Source: Arcicella lustrica (GTDB lineage: Bacteria; Bacteroidota; Bacteroidia; Cytophagales; Spirosomataceae). From it: DNA of 64,000 nt. Every line of letters begins with the position of its first letter. The first letter of the stretch is position 1. The position numbers and the translations under genes were made by a program. The stretch spans positions 221,383-285,382 of the forward strand of contig NZ_JAYGIM010000007.1 in assembly GCF_034930985.1 (NCBI RefSeq), read 5' to 3'. The notes beneath the pieces were generated by a model that saw nothing but the letters and a program-made list of their open reading frames with translations, was not told the DNA's origin and made no database searches. This document shows, one piece after another, positions 8,718-18,218 of the stretch.

Positions 8718-10142
8718 ATGACTTTTTCAGTAAAAACAACCCAGAAGAAACGTTTAGCAGATACCATTACGCCCGTTGGAATCTTTCTGAAATTGCGTAA
8801 TAAGTTCAAAAATTCGGTTATCCTAGAAAGTGCCGATTATCACGGAAAAGAACATGGCTATAGCCATATCGCCTGCGACCCAGTGGCGAGTATTGTTATC
8901 GATAAAGATGTCGTAACGCAGACTTTTCCCGATGGAACTACCGAAACTTTTACATTGGCACATCGCAAAGATGCCGTAAAAGCTTTAATGGATTTCGCCA
9001 AACGCTTTGAGTGGGAACGTCAGCCTGATTATGCTCCGATGGCAAACGGAATGTTTGGTCATATCGCTTATGATGCCGTTGAATATTTTGAAGACATTGA
9101 AATTCAGGAGAAAAACGAAAACACAGAAATGCCTTCTATCATTTATCATGTGTATCGTTATGTGATTGCCATCAATCATTTCAAAGATGAATTGTACTTG
9201 TATGAGCATCAATATACTGGAGAAAAAGAAAAAGAGGCAGACAAAGTAAAAGGCTTAGAAGTACTTGAGATGTTGTTGGATATGCCACATTATGCAACGA
9301 AATCATTCAAATTGACGGGCGATGAAACGACCAATTATACGGATGATGAAATGCGTGTGATTATTCAGGAATGTATCAAACACTGTTTGCGTGGCGATGT
9401 TTTCCAGATTGTACCTTCTCGTCGTTTTAGTCGTACTTTCGAAGGCGATGATTTCCAAGTATATCGTGCCTTACGGTCTATCAATCCATCGCCTTATATG
9501 TTCTATTTTGATTACGAAAATTATAGAATATTTGGAGCTTCGCCCGAAAAACAAATCGGTATCAAAAATGGAATGGCTGAAATTCACCCCATTGCAGGTA
9601 CTTTTAGAAGAACTGGCGATGATGAAAAAGATGCAGAATTGGCTCGCCAATTATTAGCCGACCCCAAAGAATCAGCCGAACACGTGATGTTAGTTGACTT
9701 AGCCAGAAACGATTTATCAAGAAGTTCGGATGTGGTAAAAGTAGAGACTTTCAAAGAGGTACAGTTTTATTCACACGTGATTCACTTGGTTTCTAAAGTA
9801 ACAGGCAAAATGACTGTAGGAACGAATCCATTGCAATTGGTGGCAGATACTTTCCCTGCGGGAACGCTTTCGGGGTCGCCAAAACATAATGCAATGAGTA
9901 TCATCAACCGTTTAGAAAACGTAAATCGCCACATTTACGGCGGAGCGATTGGCTATATGGATTTTGTCGGAAACTTTAATCATGCCATTGCAATTCGTAC
10001 TTTTATGAGTAAAAATAATACGCTTTATTACCAAGCAGGTATGGGCGTAGTAGCCAAATCGGTGATTGAAAACGAAATGCAAGAAATCAAATTGAAATTA
10101 GGTGCTTTAAGAAAAGCCTTGGATATGGCAGAAAGCATTTAG
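8718..10142 (+). CDS. trpE: Anthranilate synthase component I
   Basis: 474 aa. Chorismate-binding C-terminal motifs ('GAIGYMDF', 'LSGSPK'). Confidence 0.85.
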   Translation: MTFSVKTTQKKRLADTITPVGIFLKLRNKFKNSVILESADYHGKEHGYSHIACDPVASIVIDKDVVTQTFPDGTTETFTLAHRKDAVKALMDFAKRFEWERQPDYAPMANGMFGHIAYDAVEYFEDIEIQEKNENTEMPSIIYHVYRYVIAINHFKDELYLYEHQYTGEKEKEADKVKGLEVLEMLLDMPHYATKSFKLTGDETTNYTDDEMRVIIQECIKHCLRGDVFQIVPSRRFSRTFEGDDFQVYRALRSINPSPYMFYFDYENYRIFGASPEKQIGIKNGMAEIHPIAGTFRRTGDDEKDAELARQLLADPKESAEHVMLVDLARNDLSRSSDVVKVETFKEVQFYSHVIHLVSKVTGKMTVGTNPLQLVADTFPAGTLSGSPKHNAMSIINRLENVNRHIYGGAIGYMDFVGNFNHAIAIRTFMSKNNTLYYQAGMGVVAKSVIENEMQEIKLKLGALRKALDMAESI

Positions 10143-10253
10143 CCGATAGCTATCAGCTTTGAGCTGAAAATTATCATCATTCTGTCAAATTAAAATATAA
10201 ATGATTAATAAAGCTCAAGGCTCATTGCTCAAAGCTGACAGCTAGATACAACC

Positions 10254-10820
10254 ATGAAAATATTAGTCCTTGATAATTACGATTCATTCGTGTATAATTT
10301 AGTCTATATCTTGAAAGATTTAGGCAATGAAGTGGATGTATTCCGCAACGATAAAATCTCATTAGAGGCCGTAGGCAAGTATGATAAAATCTTGCTTTCG
10401 CCCGGTCCTGGAATTCCAGAAGAAGCAGGTATTTTATTAGATGTAATTCGTGAGTATGCCCCTACGAAATCTATCTTTGGAGTATGTCTGGGTCACCAAG
10501 CCATTGGCGAAGCCTTCGGAGCAAAATTGCACAACATGGGCGATGTATTACATGGAGTAACAACCAAATGTATCATCACTGACCCAACAGAAGTACTTTT
10601 CCAAGGCGTGCCGAATGAAGTAAACGTTTGTCGCTATCACTCATGGACAGTCGTAAAAGATACCATGCCCGCAGAATTAAAAGTAACTGCTCTCGACGAA
10701 CAAGGTTACGTAATGGCAGAAGCACATAGTAAATATGATGTAAGAGGTGTTCAGTTTCACCCAGAAGCGTATTTAACAGAGTACGGTGTGAAAATGGTAG
10801 AAAACTGGGTGAAAATCTAG
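10254..10820 (+). CDS. trpG: Anthranilate synthase component II (glutamine amidotransferase)
   Basis: 188 aa. Class-I GATase with 'GVCLGHQ' catalytic Cys and 'GVQFHPE'. Confidence 0.85.
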   Translation: MKILVLDNYDSFVYNLVYILKDLGNEVDVFRNDKISLEAVGKYDKILLSPGPGIPEEAGILLDVIREYAPTKSIFGVCLGHQAIGEAFGAKLHNMGDVLHGVTTKCIITDPTEVLFQGVPNEVNVCRYHSWTVVKDTMPAELKVTALDEQGYVMAEAHSKYDVRGVQFHPEAYLTEYGVKMVENWVKI

Positions 10821-10852
10821 TAAAACAAAAACGCTACTTACCGAACACGAAA

Positions 10853-11839
10853 ATGAAAAAATACTTACAAAAAAGAACAGAAGGCAATGCCCTAACGCAA
10901 GAAGAAGCCCAAGCAGCCTTGAGAATCATTGCCAGAGGCGAAGCCAATAACAGTCATATTGCGGCATTTCTAACAACTTACATGATGAAGCCCATCACGA
11001 CGGAAGAATTGGCAGGTTTCAGAGATGCCATGTTGGAATTAGCCTTAACGATAGACCTTTCTGCCTACGATCCAATGGATGTTTGCGGAACGGGTGGAGA
11101 CGGAAAAGATACTTTTAATATTTCAACGACAGCTTCTTTTGTGGTAGCAGGTGCTGGTCAGGCAGTTGCTAAACATGGAAATCATGGCGTATCTTCGTCG
11201 GTTGGTTCTTCAACTGTGTTGGAGTACTTGGGCGTGAAATTTAGTAATGATGCGGCTTATCTTCGTCAAAAAATAGAAACTTCGGGTATTTGTTTTTTAC
11301 ATGCTCCATTGTTTCACCCAGCAATGCGTTTTGTGGGTCCAATTCGTAAAGAATTAGGCATGAAAACCTTTTTCAATATGCTTGGTCCAATCTTAAATCC
11401 AGCTTTGGTGCAAAAGCAAATCACTGGAGTTTATAATTTAGACGTTTTGAAACTTTATGGCGAGCTGTTGCAGAAATCGTATAAGCATTTTGGCGTAGTG
11501 TACGCTTTAGACGGCTACGACGAAATTTCTCTTACTTCTGATTTTAAATTGATTACCATAAAAGGAGAAGAAACGTACTCGCCCGAACAATTAGGTTTCA
11601 CAAGATGTAAGCAAGAAGATTTACACGGAGGGAATACGGTTGAAGAATCAGCGAAAATATTAATCAATATTCTTGAAAACAAAGGAACGCAAGCCCAAAC
11701 TCAAGCCGTTTTAGCGAATGCAGCTGTGGCATTGTATTGTGCCGACGATACTTTAAGTTTGTCGGATGCCGTATTGAAAGCCAAAGAGTCTTTAGAAAGT
11801 GGCAAGGCTTTGGCAGGTTTTAAGCAATTTATTCAGTAA
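10853..11839 (+). CDS. trpD: Anthranilate phosphoribosyltransferase
   Basis: 328 aa. 'DVCGTGGDGKDTFNIST' PRPP-binding motif. Confidence 0.85.
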   Translation: MKKYLQKRTEGNALTQEEAQAALRIIARGEANNSHIAAFLTTYMMKPITTEELAGFRDAMLELALTIDLSAYDPMDVCGTGGDGKDTFNISTTASFVVAGAGQAVAKHGNHGVSSSVGSSTVLEYLGVKFSNDAAYLRQKIETSGICFLHAPLFHPAMRFVGPIRKELGMKTFFNMLGPILNPALVQKQITGVYNLDVLKLYGELLQKSYKHFGVVYALDGYDEISLTSDFKLITIKGEETYSPEQLGFTRCKQEDLHGGNTVEESAKILINILENKGTQAQTQAVLANAAVALYCADDTLSLSDAVLKAKESLESGKALAGFKQFIQ

Positions 11840-11854
11840 AATACTCAAAGAGAA

Positions 11855-12649
11855 ATGACAATTTTAGATAAAATCATTGCCCATAAAGCACAAGAAGTAG
11901 CTCAAAGTAAAGAAAAAGTTTCTGTTCAAGAATTAGAAAAAAGTGGCTTTTTTGCTAAAACTAATAATTCACTAAAGACAAGTTTACTGAATCCTGCTTC
12001 TTCTGGAATCATTGCTGAATTTAAAAGAAAATCGCCTTCAAAAGGCATCATCAACGGAAATGTGACGGTAGAAGAAGTAACCGCTGGTTATGTAAAAGCT
12101 GGTGCGGCTTGCCTTTCGGTATTAACAGATTTTGAATTCTTTGGTGGTTCTAGTGAAGATTTTTTAAAGGCTCGTCGCACGAATCCAACAATTCCGATGA
12201 TTCGTAAAGATTTTATGATTGATGAGTACCAAATCATCGAAGCGAAATCTTTGGGAGCAGACGTAATTTTATTGATTGCGGCAAATTTAACACCACAGCG
12301 CATCAAAGATTTAGGTAAGCTGACGAAAGAATTAGGTATGGAGACGCTTTTAGAAATCCATGACGAAGAAGAATTAAATCGTAGTTTGAATCAGTACATT
12401 GACGTTGTGGGCGTGAACAATCGTAACTTGAAAAACTTTGCTGAACAAAATGTAAATGCTTCTTTGGAATTAGCAGAGAAAATTCCAGCAGAATGTATCA
12501 AGATTTCAGAAAGCTGTATTTCAGAAGCGGCAACTATTAAATTATTGAAATCAGTTGGCTATAAAGGCTTTTTAATTGGCGAAACCTTTATGAAAACCGA
12601 AAACCCTGCGGAAGCTTTGAAGAATTTTATTGATGAAGTAAGTAAGTAA
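11855..12649 (+). CDS. trpC: Indole-3-glycerol-phosphate synthase
   Basis: 264 aa. 'IIAEFKRKSPSKG' and 'LTDxxFFxG' motifs. Confidence 0.8.
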   Translation: MTILDKIIAHKAQEVAQSKEKVSVQELEKSGFFAKTNNSLKTSLLNPASSGIIAEFKRKSPSKGIINGNVTVEEVTAGYVKAGAACLSVLTDFEFFGGSSEDFLKARRTNPTIPMIRKDFMIDEYQIIEAKSLGADVILLIAANLTPQRIKDLGKLTKELGMETLLEIHDEEELNRSLNQYIDVVGVNNRNLKNFAEQNVNASLELAEKIPAECIKISESCISEAATIKLLKSVGYKGFLIGETFMKTENPAEALKNFIDEVSK

Positions 12650-12660
12650 AAGCACATAAA

Positions 12661-12697
12661 AAAGCCCTTGAATCATACGGTTCAAGGGCTTTTTTAC
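12661..12697. terminator. Bidirectional intrinsic terminator (trpC / ruvB convergent)
   Basis: AAAAAAGCCCTTGAA-loop-TTCAAGGGCTTTTTT. Confidence 0.7.
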
Positions 12698-12698
12698 T

Positions 12699-13724
12699 TT
12701 AAAACAACTCTCCGTTCCGATACTTTGGAACAATTCCTAAATGAACGTAGGCACGTTCTGTGGCTTCTCGTCCACGAGAAGTACGCTTTAAAAATCCTTC
12801 CTGAATCAAGAAAGGTTCATATACTTCTTCAATCGTTTCTGCTTCTTCGCCACAAGCTGTTGCAATCGTTGATAAACCCACAGGTCCACCTTTGAATTTC
12901 TCTACAATGGTCGTAAGAATACGAATATCCATTTCGTCTAATCCATTTTGATCAACATCTAAAGCCAACAAAGCCATTTCTGCAATTTCGATTGTGATGA
13001 CTCCTTTTCCTTTTACTTGTGCAAAATCACGAGTTCTTCGCAAAAGATTGTTGGCAATACGAGGCGTTCCTCTACTTCGACGTGCAATTTCAAAAGCGCC
13101 TGCTTCGTCAATTGGCGTGTTCAAAATTTGTGCCGAACGTTTTACAATACTTGTCAACAATTTTGCATCATAATATTCCAATCGACAATTAATCCCAAAT
13201 CTCGCTCTTAAAGGCGAAGTCAGCATTCCCGCACGAGTAGTTGCACCAATCAAAGTAAATGGATTCAATGAAATTTGTACACTTCGGGCGTTTGGACCCG
13301 AATCTAACAAAATATCAATTTTATAATCCTCCATTGCCGAATACAAATACTCTTCAACGATGGGGTTCAATCTGTGAATTTCATCAATAAACAACACATC
13401 AAAAGGCTGTAAGTTCGTAAGTAAACCTGCCAAATCAGAAGGTTTATCCAGTACTGGGCCAGAAGTAATTTTGATATTTGCCTTTAATTCATTGGCTACA
13501 ATGTTTGAAAGCGTGGTTTTTCCTAAACCTGGAGGGCCGTGCAAAAGTACATGGTCAAGTGCTTCCTCACGTAACCTTGCCGCCGTTACAAATACTTGTA
13601 AGTTTTCTAGTACTTTGTCTTGCCCTGCAAAATCATCGAAAGAGAGCGGTCTGAGCGCTCTTTCGATTTCCTTTTCTACGGGAGAAAGCGTTTCTTTATT
13701 TCCTTTTAAATAATCTTCTCGCAT
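12699..13724 (-). CDS. ruvB: Holliday junction branch-migration ATPase RuvB
   Basis: 341 aa. '[13 protein letters not shown]' Walker A. Typical RuvB length. Confidence 0.85.
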   Translation of the reverse strand: MREDYLKGNKETLSPVEKEIERALRPLSFDDFAGQDKVLENLQVFVTAARLREEALDHVLLHGPPGLGKTTLSNIVANELKANIKITSGPVLDKPSDLAGLLTNLQPFDVLFIDEIHRLNPIVEEYLYSAMEDYKIDILLDSGPNARSVQISLNPFTLIGATTRAGMLTSPLRARFGINCRLEYYDAKLLTSIVKRSAQILNTPIDEAGAFEIARRSRGTPRIANNLLRRTRDFAQVKGKGVITIEIAEMALLALDVDQNGLDEMDIRILTTIVEKFKGGPVGLSTIATACGEEAETIEEVYEPFLIQEGFLKRTSRGREATERAYVHLGIVPKYRNGELF

Positions 13725-13958
13725 ATTTTGATGAAAATTAACTGAAAAGCGGAATTTGTATCAAATCCTTATTCAATATCATTTCTTTTTGATTCGTTCT
13801 GAGTGTTCAAAAATACGCCATTTTCTAGTCTGATAAAAACATTCTGAAAAGGCTTTCGCTTTTAACATTTCTACAACATTATATTTAGAAATTTTGCTTT
13901 AATTTGTACAATTAATTCTCAATAAAAAACTATTAAACCATTAAATATCTAACCAACT

Positions 13959-14663
13959 ATGAATTCAGCGCTATTAGGCGAGTTTGTCGGCACAGCAGTA
14001 TTAATCTTTTTAGGCAATGGCGTGGTTGCTACAGTATTATTAAAAGGCTCAAAGGGTGAAAACGGTGGTTGGATTGCCATCACAGCAGGTTGGGCTTTTG
14101 CCGTTACGATGGGTATTTTTGTTTCTACCAAATTTGGAAGCCCCGCAGCACATTTAAATCCAGCAGTTACTATTGCCGAAGCTGTAAAGTCAGGAGACTG
14201 GTCAAACGCTTTAGGATTTATCATTGCTCAAATTTTGGGAGCAGCACTCGGAGGAACGCTAGTTTGGTTGCAATATTTGCCACATTGGGCAATTACAGAA
14301 GACAAAGGGCTAAAATTGGCGTGTTTTAGTACTGCGCCTGCCATCAGAAATCCTTTTTCCAATGTACTTGCCGAATTACTTGCCACTGCGATTGCCATTA
14401 TTGCATTAGGTTCATTTGGGAGTATTGAAACAGGTTTAGGACCTTTTGTTGTTGGTATTTTAGTTTGGTCTGTTGGGCTTTCTTTGGGCGGAGCAACAGG
14501 TTATGCCATTAATCCTGCGAGAGATTTAGGTCCACGCATTGCTCATTTCATTTTGCCAATAGCAGGTAAAGGTACTTCAGACTGGTCTTATGCGTGGGTT
14601 CCAGTAGTTGGTCCTATTTTAGGGGCAGTTTTAGGAGCGTTAGTGCTAAATGCTATCCAGTAA
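13959..14663 (+). CDS. MIP-family channel (aquaporin / glycerol facilitator)
   Basis: Two NPA boxes ('HLNPAVT' and 'NPARD'). Six predicted TM helices. 234 aa. Confidence 0.8.
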   Translation: MNSALLGEFVGTAVLIFLGNGVVATVLLKGSKGENGGWIAITAGWAFAVTMGIFVSTKFGSPAAHLNPAVTIAEAVKSGDWSNALGFIIAQILGAALGGTLVWLQYLPHWAITEDKGLKLACFSTAPAIRNPFSNVLAELLATAIAIIALGSFGSIETGLGPFVVGILVWSVGLSLGGATGYAINPARDLGPRIAHFILPIAGKGTSDWSYAWVPVVGPILGAVLGALVLNAIQ

Positions 14664-15012
14664 AATCAAAATATAATTGCTTTATAATGTTGAGTTTTGA
14701 AATTAGATTTTAACAAGTTGAGACAATTTGTTATTTAGAAGCAGTTTTAATAAGATAAAATCTTGATAAGTTAGTAGATAGCTAAATCAAAATTTTATCT
14801 TTTTTTGTGTCCTTATACTTTAGTTTTGTTCAAGATTCATAAAAAAGTACTAACTTACTGTATAAAATTTTCTATAGAAATACTACATCATATATCTTGC
14901 GTATTCAAATGAAAATTTGTTTGGGTTCAATATCACTTTCAGTATTTGTTCCCTGTTTACAACATAATCAACAGATATTCTTTGAAAGTAAATAATCTTT
15001 GTCGCCTAAAGA

Positions 15013-17880
15013 TTGTTTTACTCCAGTCTCTATAAAAGGAAAACGATGTTAAAAAAAGAAGTACAAAGCAACGCTATTAAAGGGATTTCTTTTGAGGATG
15101 GCTTTAGCCGTCTTACAAATTTGGCATCTTTACTTTGCGACGTCCCTCTGACATATATTTCTCTTTTAGACGAAAAATCACAATGGATTACAACAATTCC
15201 AGTGATTGAAGATCAACCATTCGTTTCAAATCTATCATTACTTACTCAGGAAGTAGTCAATTCAAAATCATTCATTATTCTTGACGATATTTCAAGAGAG
15301 CAAACTTCCAATTCTTATCTTTCTTTCTTTTCAGAACTTTCATTTCGTTTTTATGCAGGATTTCCTTTGGTCAATCCCGAAGGAAAAACTATTGGCGTAC
15401 TTTCATTATTAGGAAATGAAGCCAAAACACTAAAAACTAAAGAAATCAATGCTTTAGAAAATGTAGTTGCTGAAATTGCTGATAAACTTTCTGCTAAAAA
15501 AGCATTAAAAGCCTTTGTAAAAGACTTTAACAAATTACAAGAAATAACAGTAAGTGTATCAAGATTTACTGAAATGTTAGAGGAAATCAACAGTGTGGCT
15601 CGTGTTGGTGGATGGGAAATAGATTTAGTAAAGAAAACTTTTTTTTGGTCGGATGTCACTCGTGAATTACATGAAGTACCGAACGACTCTAATCCAAGTT
15701 TCAAAGAAGCCTTACATTTTTTCAGAGATGGAAAAAGTAGAAAGGCTGTTATAAGAGCAATTTTAAATGCCATAAAACTTGGAAAACCATTCGATATAGA
15801 AGTACAAATTATTACCTATCAAGGACTCAAAAAATGGGTAAGAGTAACTGGAAAAACTACTTTTGAGCAACAAAAATGTGTACGGTTATATGGTACTTTT
15901 CAGGATATTCACGAGAAAAGAATCAAAGACAAACAGATTTCTTTAAGTGAAGAAAGGTTCAGACAAACTTTTGATAATGCAGCTACAGGGATGTTTATTG
16001 CCCAACTTGCTACAGGTATTTTTATAGAAGTAAATGAAGCCTTTGCTAGCATTACTCAATACGATAAAACAGCACTTTTATCTTTAAGTCTTAGAGATTT
16101 AATTCATCCAGAAGACTTAAAAATGAGTGATGATTATTTTTTCAAATTATTATCAGGCGCATCATCAGTAATAACGGTTCAAAATCGCTACATCACCAAA
16201 AATAATACAGAGGTTTGGGTTGAATTGGTAGCAACCATCGTCAGAGACCATAAAGGCAAACCTTTAAATGTAATTGGGCAAGTACAAGATGTTACTGCTA
16301 AAAGAACTTGGGAACGGAAACTGTTATTAAGCGAAGAAAAGCACAGAGGTTTTTTTGAAAACTCACAAGGTTTGATGTGTACGCATGACCTTGAAGGGAA
16401 TTTTCTAACAGTAAATCCTGCTGGAGCCGCTTTACTTGGTTATACAACCGAAGAGTTTTTATCAAAAAATCTTTTTGATATTACTCCTCAAAGAATACAA
16501 GATAAAATGACAAGTTATCTTGAGGCGATTGCCAAATATGGTTCGTATAAAGGTTTGGTGAAAGTTGTTCATAAAAATGGTTCGTTTAGAACTTGGCTAT
16601 CTAATAGTGTACTTTCTGAATTATTAGATGGTAGAAAGTATGTAATTGGCAATGCCGTCGATATGACAGAACGCATCAAGATGGAGCGGGAATTAATCAG
16701 TGCTAAAGTATTAGCTGAACGAAATGCCCATGCTAAGGATGTGTTTTTGGCAAATATGAGCCATGAAATTCGCACACCAATGAATGCGATTACAGGTTTT
16801 GCCAATTTATTGAAAGAAACTAAACTAGATTCTGAGCAAAAAGAGTTTGTATCAAACATTAATACTGCTGCCGAAAATCTGTTGGGAATTATTAATGATA
16901 TTCTTGACCTTTCTAAAATTGAGTCAGGACATTTGGTGATAGAATCTGTGCCTTTTAATCTGTATGAAGTTATCAAAAACATAAAATCGGTACTTACTTA
17001 TAAGGCACTTGGTAAAAACCTGGAGTTAGATTATCAAATTTCAGCAAGTATTCCTCATACGATATTAGGTGACCCAACACGCCTCACGCAGATTTTATTA
17101 AACCTTACCAATAATGCCATTAAGTTTACAGAAGCAGGTTCTGTGAAAATTGTACTTGATTTACAAAGTGAGAATGAGGATGAGTACAATATCTTATTCA
17201 AGATTATTGATACTGGAGTTGGTATTCCACAAGATAAATTAATGGTTATTTTTGACCGTTTTGCACAGGCTAATTCAGATACTACCCGAAAGTTTGGTGG
17301 AACAGGTTTGGGTTTAAGTATTTCAAAATTATTGATAGAATTACAACAGGGGAACATTTTTGTAGAAAGTGAAGAGCACGTTGGTTCTACGTTTTACTTT
17401 AATTTATCCTTTAAAAAAGTAAAAGGAGAAATCATTCAAAAACAAGAAACGTATCTTTTACCAATCGACCCACATAAAAAAGTAAGAATATTATTAGCAG
17501 AAGACAATCCTTTAAATCAGAAGCTTGCCATGAAAGTATTAGAGCGATTTGGTTTTTTTCCAGAGCTTGCTGAAAATGGAAGAATAGCGGTATTGAAAGT
17601 ACAAGAAAAACAATATGATGTTATTCTGATGGATTTACAAATGCCTGAAATGGATGGCTATCAGGCAACACAATTTATCAGGAAAAAACTTGAAAATAAT
17701 ACACCAATCATTGCTTTAACGGCGCATTCACTAATTGGGGAAAAAGAAAAATGTATGGCTGTTGGAATGAATGATTACATTACTAAACCTTTTTCACCTA
17801 AAGATTTGTTCAATAAAATAGCGAGTTTTATCAACATACAAGTAGCTGAAAATTTACAAGTTGTAGAGGTTTTGAAGTAG
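15013..17880 (+). CDS. Hybrid sensor histidine kinase / response regulator (GAF-PAS-PAS-HisKA-HATPase-REC)
   Basis: 'MSHEIRTPMNAI' H-box, G-box 'GGTGLGLSI', receiver 'ILMDLQMPEMDGYQAT'. Confidence 0.85.
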   Translation: MFYSSLYKRKTMLKKEVQSNAIKGISFEDGFSRLTNLASLLCDVPLTYISLLDEKSQWITTIPVIEDQPFVSNLSLLTQEVVNSKSFIILDDISREQTSNSYLSFFSELSFRFYAGFPLVNPEGKTIGVLSLLGNEAKTLKTKEINALENVVAEIADKLSAKKALKAFVKDFNKLQEITVSVSRFTEMLEEINSVARVGGWEIDLVKKTFFWSDVTRELHEVPNDSNPSFKEALHFFRDGKSRKAVIRAILNAIKLGKPFDIEVQIITYQGLKKWVRVTGKTTFEQQKCVRLYGTFQDIHEKRIKDKQISLSEERFRQTFDNAATGMFIAQLATGIFIEVNEAFASITQYDKTALLSLSLRDLIHPEDLKMSDDYFFKLLSGASSVITVQNRYITKNNTEVWVELVATIVRDHKGKPLNVIGQVQDVTAKRTWERKLLLSEEKHRGFFENSQGLMCTHDLEGNFLTVNPAGAALLGYTTEEFLSKNLFDITPQRIQDKMTSYLEAIAKYGSYKGLVKVVHKNGSFRTWLSNSVLSELLDGRKYVIGNAVDMTERIKMERELISAKVLAERNAHAKDVFLANMSHEIRTPMNAITGFANLLKETKLDSEQKEFVSNINTAAENLLGIINDILDLSKIESGHLVIESVPFNLYEVIKNIKSVLTYKALGKNLELDYQISASIPHTILGDPTRLTQILLNLTNNAIKFTEAGSVKIVLDLQSENEDEYNILFKIIDTGVGIPQDKLMVIFDRFAQANSDTTRKFGGTGLGLSISKLLIELQQGNIFVESEEHVGSTFYFNLSFKKVKGEIIQKQETYLLPIDPHKKVRILLAEDNPLNQKLAMKVLERFGFFPELAENGRIAVLKVQEKQYDVILMDLQMPEMDGYQATQFIRKKLENNTPIIALTAHSLIGEKEKCMAVGMNDYITKPFSPKDLFNKIASFINIQVAENLQVVEVLK

Positions 17881-18218
17881 AAAAATGTAGCAAAAAGGCG
17901 ATAGGTTTAATCCGAAAAAAATAAATTTATCTTTATATAATTTCGATTTTTTATATAATGCAAAAATTTAAATAAAGCAAATAGGTAAATGATAACATAA
18001 TTCATAAGGAGTACAAAAATAGCCACTTAATTAATATCAATTTGGGGAATGAAAACAATGATGAATGTTTTGTTTTTCAGAGTAAAAATCTTTGATAAAT
18101 ACTAAGTCATTGACTGGAATTGTTATTACTTTTGAGTAATTGTTACTAAATTTTGATACTTGTTGATTTGTGAGATCCATAATTGGCGGCTCCTTATTTA
18201 TTTTAATATACTTCAATC

